The position numbers and the translations under genes were made by a program. A stretch of 59,394 nucleotides of DNA, the filler included. It is 3 parts of 3 records of this genome, joined end to end, with 100 filler letters (N's around TTAATTAATTAA, not from the genome) between each part and the next. Parts side by side here need not be neighbours in the genome. Positions count along the whole stretch, not along the records: positions 1 to 14,412 come from SRR20825019_73; 2 more parts are not named here. The stretch is one strand, 5' to 3'. Each line of letters starts with the position of its first letter. The first letter of the stretch is position 1. A model generated the notes under the pieces. It was given only the letters and a program-made list of their open reading frames with translations, did no database searches and was not told where the DNA came from. This document shows, in pieces, positions 1-9,959 of this stretch.

Positions 1-159
1 GACCTTATTCTCCTTTGCACTTGTGTTTTCCACTTTTAAATAAACATCCGATTCGATGACCTTGTCATAAAACAATTCCAACTTGTCCATTCGCTTTTGG
101 ACAAAGTCGATGAGTTTACCATCAGCTGTAAAATTTACCGATTGTGCGTTTACTTTCAT
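1..159 (-). CDS. hpf: Ribosome hibernation promoting factor (HPF/RaiA), N-terminal part, truncated by window edge
   Basis: Manual translation from ATG at 159 gives MKVNAQSVNFTADGKLIDFVQKRMDKLELFYDKVIESDVYLKVENTSAKENKV, typical of Bacteroidota HPF. The rpsU-xerC-hpf order is conserved. Confidence 0.85.
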   Translation of the reverse strand, partial: MKVNAQSVNFTADGKLIDFVQKRMDKLELFYDKVIESDVYLKVENTSAKENKV

Positions 160-212
160 AAGACGAAGTTTTAGTACTGTCAAAGACAGTGAAGTTAAAC
201 AATACAAGAATT

Positions 213-1103
213 TTATTTCTTGTTTCTTGGGTGGGCCTTTTGATGCACTTTTTTAAGTTCGGCAATACTATTGTGCGTATACACCTGTGTTGATGCCAAA
301 CTTGAATGGCCCAGTAATTCCTTTACGGAATTTAAATCCGCCCCCCTATTCAGCAAGTGTGTTGCAAAGGTGTGCCTTAATATATGAGGGCTCTTTTTCA
401 CCTTAGGGGACACTAAACTAAAATACTTATTTATGGTTCGATAAACAAGTGTTTCATAAATTTTAAGACCTTCTTTTGTTAAAATCAAGAAAGACGAATC
501 CGTCACATTTTCAAGCTCCGAACGCTTGATTAAATAGCTTTTAATTCGTTCTATGGTTGATGGTAGCATGGGAATGATACGCTCCTTGTTGCGCTTGCCC
601 AGCACTTTGATGACCTGGGACAAAAAATCCACATCGTTGATTTTCAAGTTTACCAATTCCGCTCTACGTATTCCTGTGGTGTACAATAATTCTATGATCA
701 GTTTATCCCGTACGCCCTCAAAATCATCTGCAAAAGGTATTTCAGATAGAATCGTTTCCATTTCGTTCTCGGAAAAAGGCACCTCTACTTTTTTACTTGT
801 TTTGAGAGCCCTATGCTTTACTAAAGGTGAAACGGCAATATCACCGATCTTCAATAAAAATTTGTAATAAGCCTGTAGAGAAGATATTTTTCTGTTGATG
901 GACCTATTGGATATGCCATGGTCGGATAGCTCTACTATCCAGTTCCTGATTAATGGATAGGAAATCTTCACAATATCTTCCTCCCCATGGTTCTCCGAGC
1001 AGAATTGAGCAAAGGTTTCAATATCCTTTTGATATGCCCTTACGGTATGATCGGAGTAATTCTTCTCCAACCTTAAATAAGATATAAAAGCGGTTACGGA
1101 CAT
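213..1103 (-). CDS. xerC: Tyrosine recombinase, XerC/XerD family
   Basis: Catalytic motifs TGIRRAEL, GKRNKER, SPHILRHTFATHLL and LLGHSSLASTQVYTH; 296 aa; housekeeping context. Confidence 0.8.
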   Translation of the reverse strand: MSVTAFISYLRLEKNYSDHTVRAYQKDIETFAQFCSENHGEEDIVKISYPLIRNWIVELSDHGISNRSINRKISSLQAYYKFLLKIGDIAVSPLVKHRALKTSKKVEVPFSENEMETILSEIPFADDFEGVRDKLIIELLYTTGIRRAELVNLKINDVDFLSQVIKVLGKRNKERIIPMLPSTIERIKSYLIKRSELENVTDSSFLILTKEGLKIYETLVYRTINKYFSLVSPKVKKSPHILRHTFATHLLNRGADLNSVKELLGHSSLASTQVYTHNSIAELKKVHQKAHPRNKK

Positions 1104-1107
1104 ATAT

Positions 1108-1115
1108 CAAAGGTA
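1108..1115 (-). promoter_or_regulatory. Bacteroidota -7 promoter element (TAnnTTTG) upstream of xerC
   Basis: Minus strand reads TACCTTTG, ending 4 nt before the ATG. Confidence 0.5.
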
Positions 1116-1145
1116 GCAATTTAGACTGCCCATGGATATAAAACG

Positions 1146-1176
1146 AAAAATCCCGCTCCAATATTGGAGCGGGATT
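1146..1176 (-). terminator. Intrinsic terminator after rpsU
   Basis: Perfect 28-bp palindrome AATCCCGCTCCAATATTGGAGCGGGATT (1149-1176) ending in a T-run on the minus strand. Confidence 0.8.
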
Positions 1177-1201
1177 CATATATTTTGTAAAAGCGATAGC
1201 C

Positions 1202-1396
1202 CTATACTTCTTCTTGATCCCTAAGACCTTGAATGTACTGTGCTTTTTGAATTTGCGCTCTACGCTCTACAGAAGGCTTGGTAAACTGCTGTCTTGATCT
1301 TAACTGACGCATGGTACCTGTTCTGTCAAACTTACGTTTGAAACGCTTTAAAGCTCTATCGATGTTTTCTCCTTCTTTAACTGGTATAATTAACAT
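1202..1396 (-). CDS. rpsU: 30S ribosomal protein bS21
   Basis: MLIIPVKEGENIDRALKRFKRKF...FTKPSVERR; 64 aa. Confidence 0.97.
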   Translation of the reverse strand: MLIIPVKEGENIDRALKRFKRKFDRTGTMRQLRSRQQFTKPSVERRAQIQKAQYIQGLRDQEEV

Positions 1397-1404
1397 GGGC
1401 TACA

Positions 1405-1439
1405 ACCTCCTTTCTTTAAAATTTTGGTCTGCAAATATA
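1405..1439 (-). promoter_or_regulatory. Strong Shine-Dalgarno (AGAAAGGAGGT, 1415-1405) and -7 promoter element (TATATTTG, 1439-1432) of rpsU
   Basis: Read directly on the minus strand; the SD ends 8 nt before the ATG. Confidence 0.8.
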
Positions 1440-1491
1440 CAAATGATATTCAATGGGTAAAGAAATATTTTATTTTTTTGAAGAAAGGCTA

Positions 1492-2658
1492 TTATGAACG
1501 CTTTTTGTATTCCTTTTTATCCACAATAATCTTCGCCAAAATTTCCTTTAAAATCTCCGATGTACCCCCGCCAATTGGCCCCAATCTACTATCACGCATC
1601 AAACGTGCCATAGGATAATCTTCTATATATCCGTAACCGCCCAAAAACTGTAGACAGTTATAAATGACCTCATCGGCCATTTTTGTCGATTTCAATTTGG
1701 ATATAGTCGCTTCCTTCACCACATAGACACCTTTTTCCATTTGCGCTACGGTGGCATAATTGAACTGCTTGCACACCAACATATCCGAATACAGATCCAC
1801 CAATCGGTGGCGCAATGCCTGGAATTGGTCTATACTTCTACCGAACGCCTCACGTTCGGACATGTATTGCAGGGCATAATCAAGAGCAAACTCTGCACGC
1901 GCATGCGCATTGACCCCCATCACCAATCGCTCCAAAGCAAAGGCTTCCATAATATAACCAAAGCCTTCGTTTTCGGTACCCAACAAATTTGAAGCAGGAA
2001 CCTCAACATTGTCAAAGGCCAGCTCAGCGGTATCGGATGCACGCCAGCCCAATTTGTTCAACTTACTCGCCGACACGCCTTTCGCATGCCTATCCATCAC
2101 AAACATACTGATACCTTTATGGCCGGCATCCTTATCAGTTTTTGCCGCGAGTATAATATAGTCCCCGTAAACACCATTGGTAATAAATGTCTTGGACCCA
2201 TTTACAATATATACGTCTCCTTTCTTTTCGGCAGTGGTTCGCATAGCGGCGACATCACTCCCCCCAAAGGGCTCGGACACTCCTAAACAGCCAATCTTAC
2301 TGCCAAGCACACTGGGTTCCAGATAAGCTTTTTTCTGCCCATCATTGGCCAATTTGTTCAAATAGGTCATCGCGAGATACTGGTGCGCCCACATGGCGGC
2401 AGCAAAACCTCCCGAATTGATTTTTTGTAATTCTTCCAGAAAAATAACGGTATAAAAAAGGTCTAGGTTCAATCCCGAATAGGCTTCTGGAGTCATCAAT
2501 CCAAAAAAGCCCATTTCACCGAACTTGGGCCATATAGATTTATCAATTTTTCCGGATTCCTCCCATTCCTCTATATGGGGAACAACTTCTTTCTGTAAAA
2601 AATCCTTCAAACTTTCGCGGAATAAGTTATGCTCTTCCGTGAAGTACATTTCGTTCAT
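1492..2658 (-). CDS. Acyl-CoA dehydrogenase
   Basis: SEPFGGSDV, NGSKTFITNG, KLGWRASDT, QFLGGYGY, IGGGTSEI motifs. Confidence 0.93.
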   Translation of the reverse strand: MNEMYFTEEHNLFRESLKDFLQKEVVPHIEEWEESGKIDKSIWPKFGEMGFFGLMTPEAYSGLNLDLFYTVIFLEELQKINSGGFAAAMWAHQYLAMTYLNKLANDGQKKAYLEPSVLGSKIGCLGVSEPFGGSDVAAMRTTAEKKGDVYIVNGSKTFITNGVYGDYIILAAKTDKDAGHKGISMFVMDRHAKGVSASKLNKLGWRASDTAELAFDNVEVPASNLLGTENEGFGYIMEAFALERLVMGVNAHARAEFALDYALQYMSEREAFGRSIDQFQALRHRLVDLYSDMLVCKQFNYATVAQMEKGVYVVKEATISKLKSTKMADEVIYNCLQFLGGYGYIEDYPMARLMRDSRLGPIGGGTSEILKEILAKIIVDKKEYKKRS

Positions 2659-2668
2659 AGCACCTATT

Positions 2669-3523
2669 TTATAAAGACAAATATAAAGCTATTCTATCTA
2701 GCTTTTCTGTAGGGAATCCGTCTACTTGACTCAATTCCTGTAAAGATGCAAATAAACCATTTTTATCTCTATATTCCACAATGTTGGATGCCAATGAACC
2801 ATTTATATAGACCAATCGGGATAATTCTTTTGCATTGGCCTTGTTCACATTGATTTTGCCTACCTCAGGTTTTTCAAACACTTGAAACTTGAGCAAGGCT
2901 TTCTCCACGACCTCTGATTCAAGCCCGTAAACATCATATAATTGTTCACTAACCAAAAAACCACCCAACCTATCCCTGAATTTTATAATTCGTTTGGATA
3001 ATGTTTCCCCGATACCGTAGACTTGTCTCAATTCTTCAGCCGTCGCTGCATTCAAGTCTTTGATATTGGTTTTGGTCGCAGGCTTTGAAGTTGCCTTCTT
3101 TACCGTTTGATTTTTTCCTGCCCATTCTGGAAATTTGAAATAGGGCGAGATTTTACTTAAAAGTGAATCGGATATCTGGGTAACTATTTGGAACTCCTTG
3201 TCCGAATTCACAAATTTTCCTTTATCCCTAAAAGCGAACAACCTATCCAATTCAGATGGAGACAATCCCAGAGCGTAGCCCTTATAATCGGCTAAATAAT
3301 TTGGATTGAAGGGATATATTTTTTGGGATTTATCAAATCGCTCCTTTTTAAGACTGTCTATCTTGGTTTGCTCGACAGCATTGAGGGCAAAATCACTTTT
3401 TAAATTAGTTGGATTTGCCTTCACATAATAATACCCGCATTGAAGCACGACCACGATCAACAACAAAAAGAAAATCCCACTTCGTTCCTGTTTATTGAAC
3501 CTGAAGTGGGATTGCTTTTTCAT
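2669..3523 (-). CDS. ComEA-like helix-hairpin-helix DNA-binding membrane protein
   Basis: N-terminal TM segment; repeated DLNAATAEEL..VYGIG / INVNKA HhH motifs. Confidence 0.85.
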   Translation of the reverse strand: MKKQSHFRFNKQERSGIFFLLLIVVVLQCGYYYVKANPTNLKSDFALNAVEQTKIDSLKKERFDKSQKIYPFNPNYLADYKGYALGLSPSELDRLFAFRDKGKFVNSDKEFQIVTQISDSLLSKISPYFKFPEWAGKNQTVKKATSKPATKTNIKDLNAATAEELRQVYGIGETLSKRIIKFRDRLGGFLVSEQLYDVYGLESEVVEKALLKFQVFEKPEVGKINVNKANAKELSRLVYINGSLASNIVEYRDKNGLFASLQELSQVDGFPTEKLDRIALYLSL

Positions 3524-3538
3524 ATTATAAAGATGCTT

Positions 3539-5602
3539 TTAGCTCTTCAATTTTTTAAATAGCTGTCCTGCTTTCAATTTTGCCAAGTATCCATCCAAAT
3601 CTTTACGCACCTCACCAGACATTATATATAGTCCAATGATGTTCGGGAAGGACATGGCCAAGATCATCATATCCGAAAAGTCCAGTACAGCTCCCAAACT
3701 AACGGAAGCACCTACCACTACGAATACCAAGAACAACATTTTATAAATCATTTCGGAACGCTTGCTCTTTCCAAAAAGATACGTCCAAGCTCTCATTCCA
3801 TAGTAAGACCACGAAATCATGGTTGAGAATGCAAAAAGGAACACGGCCAAAGCCAGTATGTATGGGAACCAAGAGATTTGGCTACCAAAAGCATCAGAAG
3901 TCAACTGGGCACCAGCCATTCCTTCCACTTCGTGCATTCCTGTAAAAATCAACACCAAAGCGGTAAGGGTACATACCACTACGGTATCAATAAATGGCTC
4001 AAGCAAGGCAACAAAACCTTCGGATGGTGGGTGGTTGGTTTTTGCGGCACTGTGCGCAATAGCTGCAGAACCTACACCAGCCTCATTGGAGAAGGCCGCA
4101 CGCTGGAAACCAATGACCAGAACTCCGAGTATACCTCCTTTAAGTGCTGAAGGGCTAAATGCTCCATCAACAATAGCAGAGAATGCCGGGCCAATATTCT
4201 GTATGTTCATTATAATGACAGCCAAGGCAGCTACTATATATATAGATGCCATAATAGGTACGATTTTACCTGTTACCTTGGCAATACTGCTTATACCTCC
4301 AATGATAACAACACCTACCAAGATTGCTGTAACCACTCCAAACCAGAATCCGTTACCGGCCAATACTGGAAACTGTCCTGCCAATTGTTCAAAGGACTGG
4401 TTTGCTTGGAACATATTTCCACCGCCAAATGAGGCTCCAACGGCAAGTACGGCAAATACACCGGCCAATACTTTACCAAACCCTTTCAGGTTTCTTTTTT
4501 CAAGACCATAACGAAGGTAATTCATAGGGCCCCCAAACACACGGCCATCAGGAAGGATATCACGATATTTTACACCGAGGGTACATTCTACAAATTTTGA
4601 AGACATACCCAAAAGACCACAAACTATCATCCAGAAAGTTGCACCTGCGCCTCCTAACGATACTGCTACGGCAACACCTGCTATATTTCCGAGACCAACA
4701 GTACCGGAAACTGCAGTGGCCAATGCTTGAAAGTGGGTAACTTGCCCTGGCGCATCCGGGTCATCATATTTTCCTTTGGCCAAATCGATGGAATGTCTAA
4801 ACCCACGAATGTTGATGAAGCCCATTCTAATCGTAAAGAACAGTGCGCCCAATACCAACCAGATTACAATAAAAGGAATACCTTTTATTATAGGGTCACC
4901 ATTGGGATGAATCATTGCAATAGGCTCATCATATTCCACCTCAGCAAAATAATGAGCTCCTTGTTCGATTACGTGTTCTTGGTTTTCAGAGTTATAGATT
5001 ACGTTTCCTTCTTTGACCTTATGTTGTAATTTACCTTTCGCAGAAGATTTAATTGTAATATCCCCGCGCTTATCACTGGTAATGACAGCGATGTCTTCAC
5101 CAGCCGTAACACTGGCCTTATCGCCCTTGAGCCACTGTTTTAAGATGAACTTATCTTGGGTCTCGTTGCTCCAATCGGGTATTCCTATCAACTTTACATC
5201 GGCATAGGCAACTGGATCATAGATTCCGATGGCGGCAAAAGGGTCCCAAAAAAGAACAGACCCCAATGCGCTTACTGCCGGGGTCATGGTTCCATTAAAA
5301 ACTTCTGTTATCGATTCTGTCTCTACCTTAAATTCTTTGGTAACGGAATTACCTGCTGCATCGGTTACCGTTACGCTATAAGGTATACCTTCCACCAATC
5401 CCTTTGCAGATTTGGATGTAAGTGGTGTTTCCTGATTGCTCCACTTGTAGGTGTAGGGCTCCGTTCCTCCATCAACTTCAAGCTCTATGGCTCCATCATT
5501 AATATTATTGGAAACATTGTAGGTCTTACCTACTACAGTCAATTCCTGTGAAAAACCAGTGGTCAATGCACAAAAAGACAATAGAAAAAGAAAATACTTC
5601 AT
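3539..5602 (-). CDS. Sodium:alanine/glycine symporter (AGCS family) with N-terminal extra domains
   Basis: [45 protein letters not shown] motifs; signal peptide, SprB-like repeat and lipoyl-like insert at the N-terminus. Confidence 0.92.
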   Translation of the reverse strand: MKYFLFLLSFCALTTGFSQELTVVGKTYNVSNNINDGAIELEVDGGTEPYTYKWSNQETPLTSKSAKGLVEGIPYSVTVTDAAGNSVTKEFKVETESITEVFNGTMTPAVSALGSVLFWDPFAAIGIYDPVAYADVKLIGIPDWSNETQDKFILKQWLKGDKASVTAGEDIAVITSDKRGDITIKSSAKGKLQHKVKEGNVIYNSENQEHVIEQGAHYFAEVEYDEPIAMIHPNGDPIIKGIPFIVIWLVLGALFFTIRMGFINIRGFRHSIDLAKGKYDDPDAPGQVTHFQALATAVSGTVGLGNIAGVAVAVSLGGAGATFWMIVCGLLGMSSKFVECTLGVKYRDILPDGRVFGGPMNYLRYGLEKRNLKGFGKVLAGVFAVLAVGASFGGGNMFQANQSFEQLAGQFPVLAGNGFWFGVVTAILVGVVIIGGISSIAKVTGKIVPIMASIYIVAALAVIIMNIQNIGPAFSAIVDGAFSPSALKGGILGVLVIGFQRAAFSNEAGVGSAAIAHSAAKTNHPPSEGFVALLEPFIDTVVVCTLTALVLIFTGMHEVEGMAGAQLTSDAFGSQISWFPYILALAVFLFAFSTMISWSYYGMRAWTYLFGKSKRSEMIYKMLFLVFVVVGASVSLGAVLDFSDMMILAMSFPNIIGLYIMSGEVRKDLDGYLAKLKAGQLFKKLKS

Positions 5603-5687
5603 ATATTGAGATTAGTTAGTTTTTGGTATGATAAAGGCAACAATATCCAAAAAAAAATCAACGCTATCAAATTTTAAGTTTTTTTAA

Positions 5688-6695
5688 CTAACCGATCTGA
5701 AACATTTGATTTAATTTCCTTATTTGCTCAGGTCTCCCCAACACTATCACCTTACTTTTTGGTTGCAACACCAAGTCCGCCTCTGGGTTGATAACATAAG
5801 TTCCATTGGGATCTATGTAACCTATAATGGTACAGCCTGTCTTTCTTCTAAGATCTAAATCGCGAAGGGAATGACAGTCCATTTGATTGGTAAAATCCTC
5901 TATACTCACCTCTTCCAGGTTTGTAGTATGCTCCCCTTCTATGGAAAGCTGATCTAGAAATGTGATCAAATCGGGCATTACCACCAAGGAGGCCATATGG
6001 TCCCCTCCTATTTTATCGGGCATAATGACCTTATTGGCCCCCGCAAATTCCAATTTTTTCACGGAAGTGATTTGCGAAGCCCTACTTATAATAAAAAGGT
6101 TCTTATTGAGTTGGCGAGCAGAAAGCACAATAAACAGGTTGGCCGCATCGTCCGGAACTGCCGTAATCAAATACTGCGCCCTGTCTATTCCCGCCTGAAG
6201 CAGTACATCATCCTCATTGGCATCGCCTTCCACGAACAAAATCTCTTCCTCATGTCGCTCGATAATTTCTTTGTCCTTTTCTATAACAACAAAAGGCTTG
6301 TTGTAGGCTATCAATTTTTCTGCTGCTTGCATGCCGTTCCTGCCGAAGCCACAGACCACAACATGGTTCGTTAGATCATCTATCTGTTTCTTCACTCTTT
6401 TCTTTTTTAGCAGTTCCAATGAGTTTCTTCCCAAAATGTACTCGGTAACCACCGATATGGCGAAACCGAAAATAAATACACTGGTAACAATTAAAAATAC
6501 GGTAAAAATCTTTGCATTGGCGTCCAATGGCCGTACCTCCGAAAATCCAACGGTGGTCACGGTGATAATGGTCATATAAATGGCCTCTATCCAAGTAAAA
6601 TCGGACAGCATTTTGTAACCGATAACCCCGAACAGCAACACCACTACCATTAAGGATAGGGCCAATACTATTTTGGAGCGCATCAGTCTAATCAT
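5688..6695 (-). CDS. Potassium channel protein (ion-transport pore + TrkA-N/TrkA-C RCK domains)
   Basis: TVTTVGF selectivity filter; VCGFGRNG Rossmann motif; C-terminal TrkA-C. Confidence 0.9.
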   Translation of the reverse strand: MIRLMRSKIVLALSLMVVVLLFGVIGYKMLSDFTWIEAIYMTIITVTTVGFSEVRPLDANAKIFTVFLIVTSVFIFGFAISVVTEYILGRNSLELLKKKRVKKQIDDLTNHVVVCGFGRNGMQAAEKLIAYNKPFVVIEKDKEIIERHEEEILFVEGDANEDDVLLQAGIDRAQYLITAVPDDAANLFIVLSARQLNKNLFIISRASQITSVKKLEFAGANKVIMPDKIGGDHMASLVVMPDLITFLDQLSIEGEHTTNLEEVSIEDFTNQMDCHSLRDLDLRRKTGCTIIGYIDPNGTYVINPEADLVLQPKSKVIVLGRPEQIRKLNQMFQIG

Positions 6696-6697
6696 GT

Positions 6698-6925
6698 CTA
6701 CAGGTCAAATACAGATGTTCTTTTGGTATAGATCAAGTCTTTGATTCTAAGCCAAAAAGCTATGAACAGGTATAGCGCAAATCCAAAGCCCAGGGTAACA
6801 AAAGTTAAATAAATAAAACTGGTACGCACCACGCGGGCCCGTATGCCCAAACGCTCAGCAATCCGGCCACAAACCTCGAATCCTCTTTTTTGAAAGTAAT
6901 AAAGGGTGTTATAGAACAAAGACAT
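6698..6925 (-). CDS. PspC-domain small membrane protein
   Basis: FEVCGRIAERLGI...VR..FIYL PspC-like motif. Start could be the TTG at 6931. Confidence 0.75.
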   Translation of the reverse strand: MSLFYNTLYYFQKRGFEVCGRIAERLGIRARVVRTSFIYLTFVTLGFGFALYLFIAFWLRIKDLIYTKRTSVFDL

Positions 6926-6933
6926 AGCCAAAA

Positions 6934-8214
6934 TTATGTATTTCTATTTAATAATTGTGTACCGATCACGCATTGCATACATTTATTTTTAACGCAGTAA
7001 TTTGTATATAATTCTAATTTTGCTTGACTCTCCAATGCATTTTGGGTTTTCGGTCCCATTTTGTCAAAATTTTTGATGATGGAATTGTCCTCTCTCCCCA
7101 ATTCGGACATTAATGAAATCAACTCATCGTTCCAATCCCTCCCAGTATGTTTGGCATAACAGAATTTGATGGGCACCAACGTATTGATGACAACAAGGTC
7201 GATAAACTTTTTGGACAGTTTTTTTGTACTCTTTTTAGAAGCCTTACCAAAGGTATAATGGTCTTGCCAATATTTTCCAGCACCAATTTCAAACACTTGA
7301 TAAATAGATTCCAAGGAATTCGACTCCATCAATCTGGAAAAAAGGTTGTGGTTTTTCAAACACAGGTTGACCAATTGCGAAATTCGAACAGTTGGAAAAT
7401 TCATCGGCCGCAATCCAAAAAATTCTGGTTTTGATTGTGACTCTTCCATATCAAATTTACGAAGCAGGTAATCATACTCCTTTTGAAGCTGCACATAATA
7501 GGAGTCCGAACATTCCTCCATCCTCAAAAGACCAAAATGTCCAAAGAGCAACGCTTCCAACTGCAAGGGCTCGTTGATGGTTTTCCTAACGATTGAAAAA
7601 TCCAGTTGTCGCGCACGGTCTAAAAAATATTGCCCATTTACCTTGGAGCCAAAATTCTTGGCCAAGAGTATAAACAACACTGCTTCCCAATCATTCTTGG
7701 ATGTCTGTAAAAGTTCAATTATCAATTGGGATTTATGCTCCAGTCGCTCAATGTACAAACGATGCAACCAGTTGTCAATCAAAAAAGGGTCAACATCTTT
7801 CAGGTCCCTCTCACAGTTGATAAAGTTAATCCGGGAATTGTCCATTAAGTTCCGATAACCCTCCAACAACTTGCCGGACACGTAGCGCTTTACTTCCAAG
7901 GTGGGAATTTGAGAACCATCTTTCCTAAAAACAGCAATGTCATCCTCCCATACCACATGGAGAATGACATTGTTGTAATTTTCATCTGTTTCGTGATGGT
8001 GCACATACCAATCGGAGGATTTGATGTGCATTTCCACATTCCCGGCCCAGAGCTGCCCGTCGATTTCGACCTTGGCATTGAAAAAATCCGGGCCGGCCAA
8101 ACTGTTTTGGGTCCCCAGAGCCTTGACCAGAATAGGTTCACCGTTACCCGTACGCAGGTTTTCCGTTGGAAGCTTGTTGTGCTTCCAAATAAAATAAAGT
8201 AGGTCTTCTCGCAT
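6934..8214 (-). CDS. DUF2851 family protein
   Basis: GPDFFNA, GNVEMH.KSSDW..H.H, VILHVVW, RPMNFPTVRI motifs and C-terminal Cys cluster. Confidence 0.85.
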   Translation of the reverse strand: MREDLLYFIWKHNKLPTENLRTGNGEPILVKALGTQNSLAGPDFFNAKVEIDGQLWAGNVEMHIKSSDWYVHHHETDENYNNVILHVVWEDDIAVFRKDGSQIPTLEVKRYVSGKLLEGYRNLMDNSRINFINCERDLKDVDPFLIDNWLHRLYIERLEHKSQLIIELLQTSKNDWEAVLFILLAKNFGSKVNGQYFLDRARQLDFSIVRKTINEPLQLEALLFGHFGLLRMEECSDSYYVQLQKEYDYLLRKFDMEESQSKPEFFGLRPMNFPTVRISQLVNLCLKNHNLFSRLMESNSLESIYQVFEIGAGKYWQDHYTFGKASKKSTKKLSKKFIDLVVINTLVPIKFCYAKHTGRDWNDELISLMSELGREDNSIIKNFDKMGPKTQNALESQAKLELYTNYCVKNKCMQCVIGTQLLNRNT

Positions 8215-8235
8215 TGATTTGGGATAAATGGAGGT

Positions 8236-8547
8236 CTACTCTTCTACATCGCCGTCCCAGTTCATAAAACCGCCCTCCAGATTATAGGCATTTTCGAACC
8301 CGAGACTGTTCATTATGGCACAGGCCTGACCGCTACGGTTTCCAGACCTGCAGTAAACGTAATAGTTTTTGGACTTGTCCAATTTTTCCAGTTCATCGAC
8401 AAATTCTTGTCCTAAATATATATCGATGTTCGTTGAACCTGGGATATACCCTTCTTCAACTTCTTCCGGGGTGCGTACATCCAAAATAAAGGCGTTGTTA
8501 TCATTTTCCAATTGTTCCGCCCATTCTTCTTGTGATAGATCTGACAT
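8236..8547 (-). CDS. Rhodanese-like domain protein
   Basis: LDVRTPEE, YCRSGNRS, NLEGGF. Confidence 0.92.
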   Translation of the reverse strand: MSDLSQEEWAEQLENDNNAFILDVRTPEEVEEGYIPGSTNIDIYLGQEFVDELEKLDKSKNYYVYCRSGNRSGQACAIMNSLGFENAYNLEGGFMNWDGDVEE

Positions 8548-8631
8548 TATTTTTCTATTTAGATTGATACAAAAATAAAAATCCGAAGCATTATTACTCC
8601 GGATTTACAAATTCTTTATTTTGAACAGGGT

Positions 8632-9264
8632 CTATTTTATCCCACATCCAATGGCTTTTGTTGTTTTTGGATTGATTTCATTTCCTGCCAACATTGCGTT
8701 CACGGCATTTTCCACAAAGGGTTCCTCCACTTGTGATGCATCCTGATAATTGTCGTCGATAGTCCCTATATACCTAACCACATTCCCTATTGTCGTTTTC
8801 TCCAAAAGAAAAACATGTGGGGTACGCGTAGCTCCATATTGCGGGTAGACTTTTTGGCCCTCGTCCAAGAGGTACGGAAAAGTGAAACCTTTTTTATCGG
8901 CACGCTCTTTCATTTTGGCAAAACTATCGCCTGATTTAACGCTTGGATCGTTCGGATTAATGGCAATAACGGGCACACCTTGAGGTTTGTATTTGGCATC
9001 CAAGGCAATTATTCTATCCTCATAGGCCTGGGCATAGGGGCAAGTATTACAGGTAAAGATCACCAAAAAACCTTTGGCACTACCATAATCCGACAGCGAT
9101 ACCATGTTCCCATCCACATTTTTCAATGAGAAGTCGTCGGCCAGATCACCGATTTCGTACCCATCATTCAAATTATGTTCGGCCGCCACTTTGAACCCTA
9201 CGGCAAAAGATGCCACAAAGATCAATAGTAATGCGGACCATCCTAAAATTCTGATTTTTTTCAT
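8632..9264 (-). CDS. Exported thioredoxin-family / AhpC-TSA protein
   Basis: FTCNTCPY, GATRTPHVF, C-terminal AIGCGIK. Confidence 0.85.
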   Translation of the reverse strand: MKKIRILGWSALLLIFVASFAVGFKVAAEHNLNDGYEIGDLADDFSLKNVDGNMVSLSDYGSAKGFLVIFTCNTCPYAQAYEDRIIALDAKYKPQGVPVIAINPNDPSVKSGDSFAKMKERADKKGFTFPYLLDEGQKVYPQYGATRTPHVFLLEKTTIGNVVRYIGTIDDNYQDASQVEEPFVENAVNAMLAGNEINPKTTKAIGCGIK

Positions 9265-9270
9265 AGCTCA

Positions 9271-9825
9271 TCAGTTTATGAATGTTTTCAACTCATTATT
9301 AAGTTCCTCGTACGTGAAACCACGCTCGTAAAAAGTTCGTTTTTCCTTATTATATATCAAGGTAGCTGGAATACCTCCGCCCCACTCCTCGGAGACTTTG
9401 GGTATCCAATCATTTTGTTTGGGGTCGTCCAGTATCACCACTTGGGATTGTATTTTATTTTTCTCCACATAGGGTTCCAAACGGCTCTTCCACATATTGG
9501 GCATATCCAAACTCACCAAAACCACCTCTACATTTTTCTCACCATATTCGGAATTGATTCGCTCAAAATGAGGCATCTCCTCTATACAAGGTTTGCACCA
9601 TGTTGCCCAGAAATTTATAACATAGGTCTTGCCATCATTATTATGTAGCAATGGTTCAAAACCATCAAAATCATATATGGGAAAGGGAATATCATTCTGC
9701 TCATCACCATCCTTCACAACCATTTCATTCTCAACAATCTCGGATTTGCCATTATCCGCTTTCTTCTTTTCAGCGCACCCGAAAAAAATTGACATCACCA
9801 ACAAAACCAACAATAACCTATTCAT
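9271..9825 (-). CDS. TlpA-family thiol:disulfide oxidoreductase lipoprotein
   Basis: Lipobox FFGC; NFWATWCKPC; GIPAT. Confidence 0.88.
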   Translation of the reverse strand: MNRLLLVLLVMSIFFGCAEKKKADNGKSEIVENEMVVKDGDEQNDIPFPIYDFDGFEPLLHNNDGKTYVINFWATWCKPCIEEMPHFERINSEYGEKNVEVVLVSLDMPNMWKSRLEPYVEKNKIQSQVVILDDPKQNDWIPKVSEEWGGGIPATLIYNKEKRTFYERGFTYEELNNELKTFIN

Positions 9826-9929
9826 TACCTGAATTTTACAATTTAAAAATACGCACTACACATGCCATTTTTCCAGTCTTTAACAAAAAATTATCTATCA
9901 TAAATTTGGATTGAAGGCCTAAATCAATA

Positions 9930-9948
9930 TACATTTGTATATACAAAT
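9930..9948 (+). promoter_or_regulatory. -7 promoter element overlapped by probable MarR operator
   Basis: TACATTTG (9930-9937) overlaps the perfect 16-bp palindrome ATTTGTATATACAAAT (9933-9948). Confidence 0.65.
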
Positions 9949-9959
9949 ATTGTTTGTAC

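Noticed and set aside
213-1103. Tyrosine recombinase as integrase of a mobile element
   Set aside because: Sits in a housekeeping rpsU-xerC-hpf context with no att sites or cargo genes
3819-4511. 230-aa plus-strand ORF
   Set aside because: Antisense shadow of the symporter's transmembrane region
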